Positions 1-8,458 of a DNA stretch of 64,000 nt are shown here, piece by piece (within the stretch, counting starts at the first letter, position 1; each line of letters begins with the position of its first letter). Both the position numbers and the translations under genes were made by a program. The notes under the pieces were generated by a model that saw only the letters and a program-made list of their open reading frames with translations, made no database searches and had not been told where the DNA came from. The DNA is from a virus. The stretch lies in IMG/VR virus record IMGVR_UViG_3300029243_000160, positions 1 through 64,000 of that record, one strand, 5' to 3'.

Positions 1-374
1 AATCAGAATCGCCTGTTCCGGCTTTTTGGAAAACATCTCTTTTGATACATCAGCCGTTACCGTTTCATCACGGCTTACTTGTACTTCTGCCTGATAGGTG
101 GTTGTGTTTTTTGTTATCCTCTCTACATAGCTGATTCCGGAATCAATATTCGTTCTGGTTTCGGTCACAGTCACATCGACAAATCTGTTCATCGAAAGAG
201 GGAATAGGAGTACGACAAGACACATTATCAAATTTGTGGTCGTGCTAATCGCAGTCATAATCTTCTTATCTTTTCCCACTAAGTCCATCAATGGACACAT
301 GAGCATCACGGTGAGAAACGAACCAACACAAAAGTAAATAAAAATTGCCAGTTGCAATCCAGCGACAGTACCCA
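1..374 (-). CDS. membrane protein, C-terminus cut by window edge; paralog of 402..875
   Basis: ATG at 374 preceded by AAGGGAAAG. Hydrophobic N-terminus. nt 1-77 are identical to 606-682 of the neighbouring gene. Confidence 0.5.
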
Positions 375-401
375 TACTACTTTCCCTTTCTTTTTTCAAT
401 T

Positions 402-875
402 TTATTGACAACTGTTTTCAAATTCAAGTAGCAGAATGAAAACACCCACAACAAATAGCAACGATGCCATAGCGATTGCTATATGCCAAGTGTCTTTTTC
501 GCCATCTTCAATTAGTTTCTTCTGAATTGTTGTTGTATTATAATTCTCGTCATCTGTCAGAATCACTTTTTCACTGTCCGAAAAAGTTTTATCCAACTGA
601 CATTGAATCAGAATCGCCTGTTCCGGCTTTTTGGAAAACATCTCTTTTGATACATCAGCCGTTACCGTTTCATCACGGCTTATCTGCACTTCTGCCTGAT
701 AGGTAGTTTTGTCTTTTGTCACCTTCTCTACATAGCTGATTCCAGAATCAATTTTTGTTCTGGTTTCAGTCACAGTCGTATCGAAAAGTTTATTCATTAA
801 AAGAGGAAACAAGAATGCAATAATAGCTATATTTACCGCAGTCATAATTATCTTAGTGATTATCTTAGTACCCAT
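402..875 (-). CDS. membrane protein (N- and C-terminal TM helices)
   Basis: 157-aa ORF with SD GAAAGGAAG upstream and hydrophobic termini. Tandem paralog of 1..374. Confidence 0.55.
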   Translation of the reverse strand: MGTKIITKIIMTAVNIAIIAFLFPLLMNKLFDTTVTETRTKIDSGISYVEKVTKDKTTYQAEVQISRDETVTADVSKEMFSKKPEQAILIQCQLDKTFSDSEKVILTDDENYNTTTIQKKLIEDGEKDTWHIAIAMASLLFVVGVFILLLEFENSCQ

Positions 876-890
876 ACTTGTCTTCCTTTC

Positions 891-1370
891 TTAGCAGTTC
901 ACCAAATTTTCGTTGATGAACTTCGTGATTTCCGTGTTATCCTGCATACAGGACAAACGCAGTCCAACTGTCGGATTGTTGCGACACTCGCAACTTTTTC
1001 CGGCTTTCAAATAGAACCACCAAATTCGTTCTGTTGCTCCCACAGCGTCCTTATAATCATCAACGCTGCAACAGCTGAGTTCATTCATCTGGAGCAGATT
1101 GACAGCTCTGTGAAGCACTTCTGTGCCGTTCACCGTTTCTCTCTTGAAAAGGCATCGGTGCAAAACGGTTCTTTTGGACGCTTTGCTGACTACCAGCACC
1201 GCATCTTTCCATTCGCCGTTGCTCTTATAAGAGCCTTCATAAACGGCATATGGTGCAGTTTGGGGAATCAATCCGTTTCCCCACAAGACCTCTTTGACCT
1301 CATCAGCGTATTTCAGCTGATTCAGCTGAACCTTTCTCTCCAGACGAATCCAGTAATAATTATCAGCCAC
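891..1370 (-). CDS. hypothetical protein
   Basis: 159-aa ORF, co-directional and tightly packed. Confidence 0.5.
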   Translation of the reverse strand: MADNYYWIRLERKVQLNQLKYADEVKEVLWGNGLIPQTAPYAVYEGSYKSNGEWKDAVLVVSKASKRTVLHRCLFKRETVNGTEVLHRAVNLLQMNELSCCSVDDYKDAVGATERIWWFYLKAGKSCECRNNPTVGLRLSCMQDNTEITKFINENLVNC

Positions 1371-1454
1371 GTTTCTTCACCTCTGTTTCCACTTCGCACT
1401 GTACTTGAAAGCGTACATCATCATTCTTCGGAACTGTCATATCAATACCGCCTT

Positions 1455-1787
1455 TCAGGAAATGGCGAACGACTGCTGCCGTACTTTTTCAGGGAGTGTG
1501 TATGCAAAAGCTTTTGCATAGCCGTCAAACAACTGTATAATTGCAATTGTTTCGCCACATCGGAAGCGAGGGACTTCCTGCTCTCTCCGTCTCCGTGCTG
1601 TCAGCATGATTGCTCCTGCTTCGAGGGACAGCTTGCCGTTTTCGCTCATCAGCTCAAATGGAAAGCCATCAATTTTGCACTTCATGCCTACATGAAAATC
1701 ATACTTTTCGTAATCCTTGACAGGTGTAACCATATCAATCATCAGCTGCGGCATCTGGATAGCTTCCAAAATGTTGATTTCTTTCAT
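1455..1787 (-). CDS. hypothetical protein
   Basis: 110-aa ORF on the operon strand. Confidence 0.45.
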   Translation of the reverse strand: MKEINILEAIQMPQLMIDMVTPVKDYEKYDFHVGMKCKIDGFPFELMSENGKLSLEAGAIMLTARRRREQEVPRFRCGETIAIIQLFDGYAKAFAYTLPEKVRQQSFAIS

Positions 1788-1820
1788 GTTTCCTCTCTCC
1801 TTTATGCAGTGAACCGACTG

Positions 1821-2039
1821 TTAATTGTCGTATACTCTCTTATTCCATGCTTCATAAGCGTCCTCTTTTGAAGGATATTGTCTTCTGGGCTGGCTCAACC
1901 CACATTGAGTGCAATAAATCCCGTACCAATGTTTATCCAGCTCTGCACCGCCATAGCTCCCCAGAGTATTGTATTTTCCTTGCTTTAATCTTGCTTTACC
2001 ACCGCAGCAAGGACAGGGCTTAATGACACTTTTGCTCAT
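1821..2039 (-). CDS. Lar-family restriction alleviation-like zinc-ribbon protein
   Basis: KPCPCCGG...CTQCG zinc ribbon and C-terminal EAWNKR, the typical Lar-family pattern (CPFCGG...AWNRR). Confidence 0.6.
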   Translation of the reverse strand: MSKSVIKPCPCCGGKARLKQGKYNTLGSYGGAELDKHWYGIYCTQCGLSQPRRQYPSKEDAYEAWNKRVYDN

Positions 2040-2059
2040 GCTAACGCCCCCTTATCCCC

Positions 2060-2443
2060 TTATGTCACGTTCCAGAATTTCGATTCATCATCATTTTCTT
2101 TACTGTATTTTTCATCTATATCATCAATGTTATAGATGTCAACTTTGCCCCAAATCATTGTTGTGCAGTCATTCTCGTCAATGATAGCTTCGATATTGAT
2201 TTTCTTGAACTTTCCCTCTTCGCCTTCTTCACTGATGCAATAGTGGCTTCCGTCCTTGTACTGCACCCACAGCAAATCATCTGTTCGCTGTCCGATTTCA
2301 TTTGCGTATCTGATACCGTCAATAATATCGGCAACATCATGCAGAGCTTCTTTTCTGCTCTCCCACATCTCAAAAATCTGTCCACTTTTTGTTTCAAGCA
2401 CTTTCATTTTAATCTCCTTGACTTTCTCTGACAGATTAACCAC
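2060..2443 (-). CDS. hypothetical acidic protein
   Basis: 127-aa ORF rich in D/E. Confidence 0.45.
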   Translation of the reverse strand: MVNLSEKVKEIKMKVLETKSGQIFEMWESRKEALHDVADIIDGIRYANEIGQRTDDLLWVQYKDGSHYCISEEGEEGKFKKINIEAIIDENDCTTMIWGKVDIYNIDDIDEKYSKENDDESKFWNVT

Positions 2444-2454
2444 TGTCGGTCGGC

Positions 2455-2688
2455 TTACTTTTCTATTCTATATTCAAACCCTTGTTTCTTGTATTTCAAA
2501 AACAAGCTGTTAGCTTCGTCCTTTTTTACTTCGTATGTATTCTGAACATACTCAACAAACTTTCCTTCTTCCATTGCCGGATAGCAAAGTGAATGCTTTA
2601 TTTTTATAGCAAACGGATTTTCTTCCATTGTTATTCTTGTGTAGCCGTCTTTGGTCTTAAAATTTCTCTTCATTTCAACGAACGTCAT
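2455..2688 (-). CDS. hypothetical protein
   Basis: 77-aa ORF, first gene after the promoter/operator at 2757. Confidence 0.45.
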   Translation of the reverse strand: MTFVEMKRNFKTKDGYTRITMEENPFAIKIKHSLCYPAMEEGKFVEYVQNTYEVKKDEANSLFLKYKKQGFEYRIEK

Positions 2689-2756
2689 AACCTTACCTCA
2701 AAACCTTCTCCGCAGGATTGCTGCTGTCTTTGTGCTTTCTGTAATTATATTATATC

Positions 2757-2774
2757 ATATCTTACAGTAGATAT
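2757..2774 (-). promoter_or_regulatory. class-Q operator ATATCT-N6-AGATAT adjoining an extended -10 (TGATATAAT on gene strand)
   Basis: The plus strand reads atatcttacagtagatat. One of five near-identical copies, each just upstream of an operon. Confidence 0.5.
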
Positions 2775-2816
2775 ATTGTGCTTTACTTTTCGCAATCGTA
2801 AACCTTTTGTAAACAT

Positions 2817-2851
2817 GAAAAAGTGGAGCAATCGCACCGGACTGTTCCACT
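2817..2851 (-). terminator. candidate intrinsic terminator after parB
   Basis: AGTGGA/TCCACT stem flanked by an A-run and a T-run. The loop is long (18 nt), so this is only moderate. Confidence 0.35.
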
Positions 2852-2933
2852 CTTTTTTGCTTTATGTGCTTTTATCCTACGCATGATACTGTTGCAAGGC
2901 AGCATGAATCGTGCGTATTATCCGAAAAGCTTT

Positions 2934-3833
2934 TTACCGATTCTCAAAGTGCTTGGTCAGAAGCTCTGATACCAGATTGTCCCACTCTTCTTCGGAGTAG
3001 TTCACGCTGTACTTTTCTGCAAAGCCACTGTAAAGCTTGTTCTTGACTGGTTTTTTCGGTTGCTCCAGAACCGGAAGAAAATCCTCGTAACTTGTCACTT
3101 CCTGCTCCTGTGTGATGCGTTCCATTGCCTTTGCCATAGTACGATTTACTTTCTTTCCAGTCTGCTGAACAAATTCGTATACAGCGTCCTGCTCGTCCGC
3201 AGAGAACCCACAGAAGATTTCTGCGGTATCTGTATGAAGCTTGTCTTCGTCAATCATCTTTTTCAGGTCATCGGTCAAGTCCAGAATCTTGATGTAGCGA
3301 TACAGTGACTTCTTGGAAATTGCAAACTTGTCTGCAATCTCCTGTGCTGTCATGTCAATATCGTTCCGCATTTCCATGTATCGTGCATAGATTTCTGCAT
3401 ACTCTGTCGGCAGCAGTCTGGAACGCTGGATATTGCACTCTGTAACGTATTTGATTGCCTCATCATCTGAAATTTTTCTCACAACGCATGGTACTGTCAG
3501 CATTTCCAGCTCCTTGGCAGCGATGTATCTGTGATGTCCGGAGATAATCTGATACTCTGCTCCGACCTTGCGAACGATAAGCGGTGTTACAATGCCGATG
3601 TCAGAGGCAGACAGCTTGATTTGAGATACCTTTTCCTCAGAGATTTTGAAAGGCTGTGTTCGCCCTCTCTGGTCTGCAAACGGTACAATATGATTTAGTT
3701 CAATATACTGCACTGTTTCTTTGTCTTTACCCCATACGTTGGCATATGCCTGCTCCAGAGCTTCCGGAACAGGCGTTTCAATCTCCTGTTCCTTTCTTGC
3801 CTGCTTCATTGCATTCAAATTGATTTTACCCAT
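2934..3833 (-). CDS. parB: ParB/Spo0J-family partition protein
   Basis: ParB N-terminal domain: GIVTPLIVRK...YQIISGHHRYIAAKEL. HTH region follows. Sits directly downstream of parA. Confidence 0.85.
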   Translation of the reverse strand: MGKINLNAMKQARKEQEIETPVPEALEQAYANVWGKDKETVQYIELNHIVPFADQRGRTQPFKISEEKVSQIKLSASDIGIVTPLIVRKVGAEYQIISGHHRYIAAKELEMLTVPCVVRKISDDEAIKYVTECNIQRSRLLPTEYAEIYARYMEMRNDIDMTAQEIADKFAISKKSLYRYIKILDLTDDLKKMIDEDKLHTDTAEIFCGFSADEQDAVYEFVQQTGKKVNRTMAKAMERITQEQEVTSYEDFLPVLEQPKKPVKNKLYSGFAEKYSVNYSEEEWDNLVSELLTKHFENR

Positions 3834-3858
3834 GTTTCGTCTCTCCTTTTCTCTGTGC

Positions 3859-4635
3859 TTACTCTTCGATGCGATTCAGAATCTCTTCTGATACTCTGGT
3901 GAAAGCAATGCCCATACTGCTGTTCTTGTCATCGACACAGCACTTCTGATTCAGAACTGCCGTTTCACTCTGAGCAGGGCAGAACGGAATCACCGTGTCA
4001 AAGGTCAGCTTTTCATATTCTTCACGCACACTGTCCACGATAGAAGAACTTACATTGGTACGGTTGAACTTGTTCAGCAGGATTCCCAGCACACGCAGAT
4101 TCTTGTTGGTGCTGTTGTTGATAGATGTCACCTTGTTCAGCATCTTTTCCAGTCCGTCAAAACTAAACACGCCGCATTCTACCGGAATCACGATATAATC
4201 GCTGGCGTTCATTGCATTGGAAACGAGCAGGTCAAGCAGTGTTCGGCAGTCAAACAGAATGTAGTCATACTGAGCGTACACATCATTCTGCACAGCACGT
4301 TTCAGCACATAGTTGCTGTCGCTGTCATTCGCCATGAAAGTAGTGATGCCTGTCAGCATCGGGGAAGACGGCACATAGTCAACGCCACTCTCACTGTGTC
4401 GAACAGTGTCTGCATAATCCGTTTCCATGCCTGCGGACAGATTGTAGATTACTTCGGAAATGGTGTACTTACCGTCCTTGATATAACCCAAAGCACGGCT
4501 CGCATTGCCCTGCTGGTCAAGGTCGATTACCAGAACCTTTTTACCTTTCTTTGCAAGTCCTCTTGCAATGTTCAGAGTTGCAGTTGTCTTACCTGCTCCA
4601 CCTTTTTCAGAGCATACAGAAATGATTTTTGCCAT
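3859..4635 (-). CDS. parA: ParA/Soj-family partition ATPase
   Basis: Deviant Walker A (KIISVCSEKGGAGKTT) and VLVIDLDQQGN. Start moved to MAKIIS, which has SD AAAGGAGAG. Confidence 0.9.
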   Translation of the reverse strand: MAKIISVCSEKGGAGKTTATLNIARGLAKKGKKVLVIDLDQQGNASRALGYIKDGKYTISEVIYNLSAGMETDYADTVRHSESGVDYVPSSPMLTGITTFMANDSDSNYVLKRAVQNDVYAQYDYILFDCRTLLDLLVSNAMNASDYIVIPVECGVFSFDGLEKMLNKVTSINNSTNKNLRVLGILLNKFNRTNVSSSIVDSVREEYEKLTFDTVIPFCPAQSETAVLNQKCCVDDKNSSMGIAFTRVSEEILNRIEE

Positions 4636-4657
4636 AGTTTTTCTCTCCTTTTGATAG

Positions 4658-4674
4658 TGTGTCAATTTGACACA
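4658..4674. promoter_or_regulatory. 17-bp palindrome TGTGTCAA-T-TTGACACA upstream of parA (operator or parS candidate)
   Basis: Perfect 8-bp arms, 23 nt upstream of the parA start. Confidence 0.45.
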
Positions 4675-4721
4675 TTTGCATTTATTCTGTTGGTTATTCG
4701 TTATATTTGAGCGTAAAAAAA

Positions 4722-6521
4722 TCACGCTACAGTCAGTAAAAGGCGGTTCTCAATGGGCGATGCCAGATAGTAGTCTGACTTTGCCATCACTTCATTATAC
4801 GCCTTTTCGCCTTGGAAGCTGTCAATAACAGTCTTTTCTTCTGCGGTCATGTCCTTGTAAGACTTCTTACCGTAGGACGGTGGCAACCAACCACGGTTCT
4901 GTGCAGCATAGATGTTGAATCGGTCAATCAGTTCCGGACAGGTGAATGTGATATGCACCGTCCCTTTCTTGTAGAATGTCACCTGAAAGAATTTGCAGGC
5001 AATGTTCTTTGTGATGCCCTGTTCAAAGCTCTTTCTCAGTTCGTTTTCCAGATTGACTTCCGCAGTCATATCACCATCGAAAAAGTTCAGGATTCTTTCG
5101 ATGTCTGCCAGCGTGTTGTATGCTTCGTAAGTACGAGGTTTTCCACTCCAGCTGTCAAAGATGCCATAGCAAGGAAGAATGACTTTCTTTCCGATTTTCC
5201 ATGCCTTATTCGTTTTCCAGCCGTCATACAGATGGCGGTTCTTCTGGCATTCCGGATAATATGCGTGTTCCTCAGTCAGACGGTCATACATCTGTCCGAT
5301 TTCTTCTTCAATCCCCACCTTGATTTTTGTGTTCATCTCCGCAAGCAAAGTGCGAATGTTAAACTCTGAAAAATCGTAGTTCGCATAGCTGGAAGTCTGT
5401 TCTCTGTACTGCTGTTGTAGTGTGCTTGTCAGCTTGCCGACAAACTTCTTGTTGGAAAGCAAAGCCTTCCAGTATTTCAGACGAACACTTTTGACATATT
5501 TGTTTACCGTCAAATCGTGGTCTCTTTCATCTTTCAGCTGAATCAAAGGCTTACTGTATTTCAGTTCGTTTTCATCAAAAGAACTCTCCAGATACGGTTT
5601 CATTCCTTTGTACAAGTGAATCAGCTCCAGACCAGATTTCATTTCAACCTTGTATCTGTTGACAATTGCCTGAATGAAGTCGGCAACTTCAATTTCTTTG
5701 CTCTCGTCCGGAACAAATTCTTCATAATGCTCCGTCTGAGCCATGCGGTCAAAAATATCCTGCTCTGTTTCTTTTTCGGGAACAGCCACCTTGATAAGAG
5801 CTACCTCAACAGCTGTTTTCTTTTCTGCATTGGCAAACTCCTGCTCCAGATACTCAATGGACGCATCGTATTCACTCAACAGGCGAACCAATTCTTTTCT
5901 GGTTGCTGTATACGGATTCCGGATAGTTTCTGCATTGAGCAGGCAGATAACAGAACCACCATGCGTTCTTTGCATCTCCAGAGCTTTCAAAAGGTGTTTA
6001 TCACCATTGGAGAACGGTGGGTTCATCACGATAAGATTGTACTGCTTGAACGGCTCATAAGTGAGGAAATCATCTCCCACAATGTGAATCCCATCGGCAA
6101 AGAATGTCTTCTTTTCTTTTTCAATGGCATTCAGCTGTGCTTCAAGCTCTTCCGGAATCGCAGTATATCCAGTATCTCTGTTATACTGTTTCCACTTCCC
6201 AAAGCGGTTTTCTGCATTAGGGCAACCGCTGTTCTTGATAGTCTCACCCTGCTGACGGTTCAGGCTGTCTTTTCTTTCCTCGGAGAAATTATACCGAAGC
6301 ACCTGTCGCAGACTGGCATCTGCTTCGATGCAATCAATATCCATGTCATGTCTGACGCTCTCGGTTGCCAAAGCAACTTCCCGAAGAATATCGCCCTTTC
6401 CGGCAGACGGTTCAAGGACAGTCTGTACCATGTTCCAGTCAATTCCTGCCAGCATACGCTTTACCAGCGTAGCAGGCGTTGGATAAAATTCATCGTTGTC
6501 TATGGTCTGAATCAATCTCAT
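4722..6521 (-). CDS. orphan N6-adenine DNA methyltransferase (large, with C-terminal extension)
   Basis: SAM motif I (LEPSAGKGDIL) and catalytic MNPPFSNG (NPPF). No adjacent endonuclease. Confidence 0.75.
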   Translation of the reverse strand: MRLIQTIDNDEFYPTPATLVKRMLAGIDWNMVQTVLEPSAGKGDILREVALATESVRHDMDIDCIEADASLRQVLRYNFSEERKDSLNRQQGETIKNSGCPNAENRFGKWKQYNRDTGYTAIPEELEAQLNAIEKEKKTFFADGIHIVGDDFLTYEPFKQYNLIVMNPPFSNGDKHLLKALEMQRTHGGSVICLLNAETIRNPYTATRKELVRLLSEYDASIEYLEQEFANAEKKTAVEVALIKVAVPEKETEQDIFDRMAQTEHYEEFVPDESKEIEVADFIQAIVNRYKVEMKSGLELIHLYKGMKPYLESSFDENELKYSKPLIQLKDERDHDLTVNKYVKSVRLKYWKALLSNKKFVGKLTSTLQQQYREQTSSYANYDFSEFNIRTLLAEMNTKIKVGIEEEIGQMYDRLTEEHAYYPECQKNRHLYDGWKTNKAWKIGKKVILPCYGIFDSWSGKPRTYEAYNTLADIERILNFFDGDMTAEVNLENELRKSFEQGITKNIACKFFQVTFYKKGTVHITFTCPELIDRFNIYAAQNRGWLPPSYGKKSYKDMTAEEKTVIDSFQGEKAYNEVMAKSDYYLASPIENRLLLTVA

Positions 6522-6533
6522 GGCAATATCTCC

Positions 6534-6935
6534 TTATTTCTTGTTTGTGTATTCGTGTATCAGCTTCTCAATTGCAGTGTAAAGTGTTTTCAGGTCATCA
6601 TCAGTCATTCCGACTGTTTCAATGCCGTCATCGGTGTATTTGTTCTTGCATACCATAACGTGTCCAACCAACGGCTGACCATGTTCCATGAAACCGTACA
6701 GCAAAGATGCAATTCCATTTACTTTGCCACCATTGAAAATGCCCTCGTCATCACACACCAGACAGAAGTCTTTCAGCTTCAATTCTACCAAACCGTGTGC
6801 TTCGACAATATCAATCGTGTCGCAGTCCAAATTCTGATAGTAGAAGTCCAGTCCTGCTTCCTTGTCGAACGGCATTTCTACGCCAACCGTTCCGTTTTCT
6901 GTCGCTTTCAAAACCAATACCTTATCCATATTCAA
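6534..6935 (-). CDS. hypothetical protein (possibly DUF3846-like)
   Basis: 133-aa ORF, first gene after consensus promoter P1. The family guess is from memory only. Confidence 0.4.
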   Translation of the reverse strand: MNMDKVLVLKATENGTVGVEMPFDKEAGLDFYYQNLDCDTIDIVEAHGLVELKLKDFCLVCDDEGIFNGGKVNGIASLLYGFMEHGQPLVGHVMVCKNKYTDDGIETVGMTDDDLKTLYTAIEKLIHEYTNKK

Positions 6936-6976
6936 ACCTCACTTTATGTGTTTGTCATCTGTACCTTACATATATT

Positions 6977-7005
6977 ATTATAGCACAGTAGTGTACAAAT
7001 GTCAA
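6977..7005 (-). promoter_or_regulatory. class-P consensus sigma-A promoter copy 1 (TTGACA-17-TATAAT)
   Basis: The gene strand reads TTGACAtttgtacactactgtgcTATAAT. Lies within a conserved module of about 110 bp. Confidence 0.7.
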
Positions 7006-7119
7006 GCATATACAGCAATTTAATCTGCAAAATATCCGTTATGTAAGTACCGGATTTTTTGTGCAGAATAACAAAAGCACCGCAGTCATTGATTGATAAC
7101 CACAGTGCCTCTTGTTTTA

Positions 7120-8115
7120 CTATTTTTCTATATCATCGTTTTCGATTGCATTGCCTTTTGTTTCTATGAAATGTTCTTTCGCCACGGCTAAAACTGGCAT
7201 TAGATATTGTTCCAATTTCATTTCCATAGTCTCAAGATAAAAATGTCCTCTTTCTTTAGAACACACAGCAATACCATTTTGCTTTTCAGGAATACCTTGA
7301 ACGAAGTCAAAAATTTCTCCCATTTTTTCATCAATGACAGGAATTATTTTTGCAGCCACCTCATAAAATGTTTCGTCTTTAATTTGAATGATGTCTTTTC
7401 CGTGTATTTGATGTCCATTGTTTCGATAAATAGATACCGAACTAGCGACACTTTGTTGCAACTTGAAATCATCATTTAAGCATTCTATAATTTTGCAATC
7501 TGGAGTTTTATTTGAAAATGAAGCACCGTTATCAAATACTGGAGCAAGGCGATATTCCCCATTTTCATATAAAACGCCCCAATTCCCGTTGTTTCTGTCA
7601 TTGTTGTTAATCAGCATATCGACAATGAATTGTTCCCAGAAGCGTATTTGAATATCCGGAATTTCTTTCAGAATAGGATTGTATTTCAAATGCACCATCA
7701 TATCTTCTAAATCAATGCAGTGAGAAGAAGAAGTAGAAGAAAAAGTCTCTTCTAATTTTTCAGACAGCTCTTTGTTATATATATTTTTCAAAGTCCTTAT
7801 TTCTCGAAGAGAACCTTCGCTTTTGCAAAAGTCTTTGCAGGCAACAACCAGCTTGTCGTTTCTGATTCCCAAAACCGTGTCATGCGTTTCAATGCCGAGA
7901 ATTTGATAGATGTTGCTTCCTATATACTCAGAAAGGGGTGCAGTTGTATATGAATCCAACGTCCCCCTCATACCCTTAGTGCTTTTAGGATACTTCACAA
8001 TCCAATATTCTCCGTTTATAGTGATTCCTTCTTTGTCTCCTGCTTTTCCACCATACGTTCCATTTCTTTCGTTTGGTATATATGGATTTAAGTCCTGAAT
8101 TACTGTTTTTTTCAT
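7120..8115 (-). CDS. HipA-like Ser/Thr kinase (C-terminal kinase domain only, 331 aa)
   Basis: GGKAGDKEG loop, catalytic NNNDRNNGNWGVL and LAPVFDNGASF, matching HipA_C motifs. Confidence 0.7.
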   Translation of the reverse strand: MKKTVIQDLNPYIPNERNGTYGGKAGDKEGITINGEYWIVKYPKSTKGMRGTLDSYTTAPLSEYIGSNIYQILGIETHDTVLGIRNDKLVVACKDFCKSEGSLREIRTLKNIYNKELSEKLEETFSSTSSSHCIDLEDMMVHLKYNPILKEIPDIQIRFWEQFIVDMLINNNDRNNGNWGVLYENGEYRLAPVFDNGASFSNKTPDCKIIECLNDDFKLQQSVASSVSIYRNNGHQIHGKDIIQIKDETFYEVAAKIIPVIDEKMGEIFDFVQGIPEKQNGIAVCSKERGHFYLETMEMKLEQYLMPVLAVAKEHFIETKGNAIENDDIEK

Positions 8116-8134
8116 AAAATCAATCCTTTCATAT

Positions 8135-8377
8135 TCAATCAGTTTGTGGATAATATTTACTGCAAAGCAAATCCCATTCCTTAAAAGAAATTACATCTGG
8201 TACAAGCAGTTTCGATTGAATTTCTATGTTATCACAAATCTCATAAAATGCCATATCCATATCGTTTTTTTCGGCTTCTTCTGCCTCAACGATGAGTTCT
8301 TTTACTGAATCACTCAATTTATCATAAAATGTGGAAATGTCGATTTCTTTATCAATCCAATTGTTTTCTTTTTTCAT
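8135..8377 (-). CDS. small acidic protein upstream of the HipA-like kinase
   Basis: 80-aa ORF, 19 nt upstream of the kinase gene. Confidence 0.45.
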   Translation of the reverse strand: MKKENNWIDKEIDISTFYDKLSDSVKELIVEAEEAEKNDMDMAFYEICDNIEIQSKLLVPDVISFKEWDLLCSKYYPQTD

Positions 8378-8424
8378 AGTTTCAACCTCCGCAAGCTTTG
8401 TTTGAGTACAAAAGTTCTTACATT

Positions 8425-8433
8425 ATTATATCA
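8425..8433 (-). promoter_or_regulatory. extended -10 promoter (TGATATAAT) for the hipA-like operon
   Basis: The gene strand reads tatGaTATAATaatgtaagaac. Shares the AATGTAAG leader with the class-P modules. Confidence 0.45.
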
Positions 8434-8458
8434 TAGCATGTTGATTTTTGAAAGTAAT

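Noticed and set aside
5517-6983. 488-aa plus-strand ORF. The same applies to other long plus-strand ORFs such as 58272..59576 (434 aa), 1110..1871, 56363..57061 and 60444..60911.
   Set aside because: They lie antisense to minus-strand genes with clear catalytic motifs (methyltransferase, VirB4 and others). Their translations are low-complexity and L/F/C/S-rich with no SD or motifs, so they are shadow ORFs.
6950-7075. Class-P repeats as MITEs or IS ends.
   Set aside because: No terminal inverted repeats or target duplications were seen. Every copy has the same orientation, sits immediately 5' of an operon and contains a perfect sigma-A promoter.
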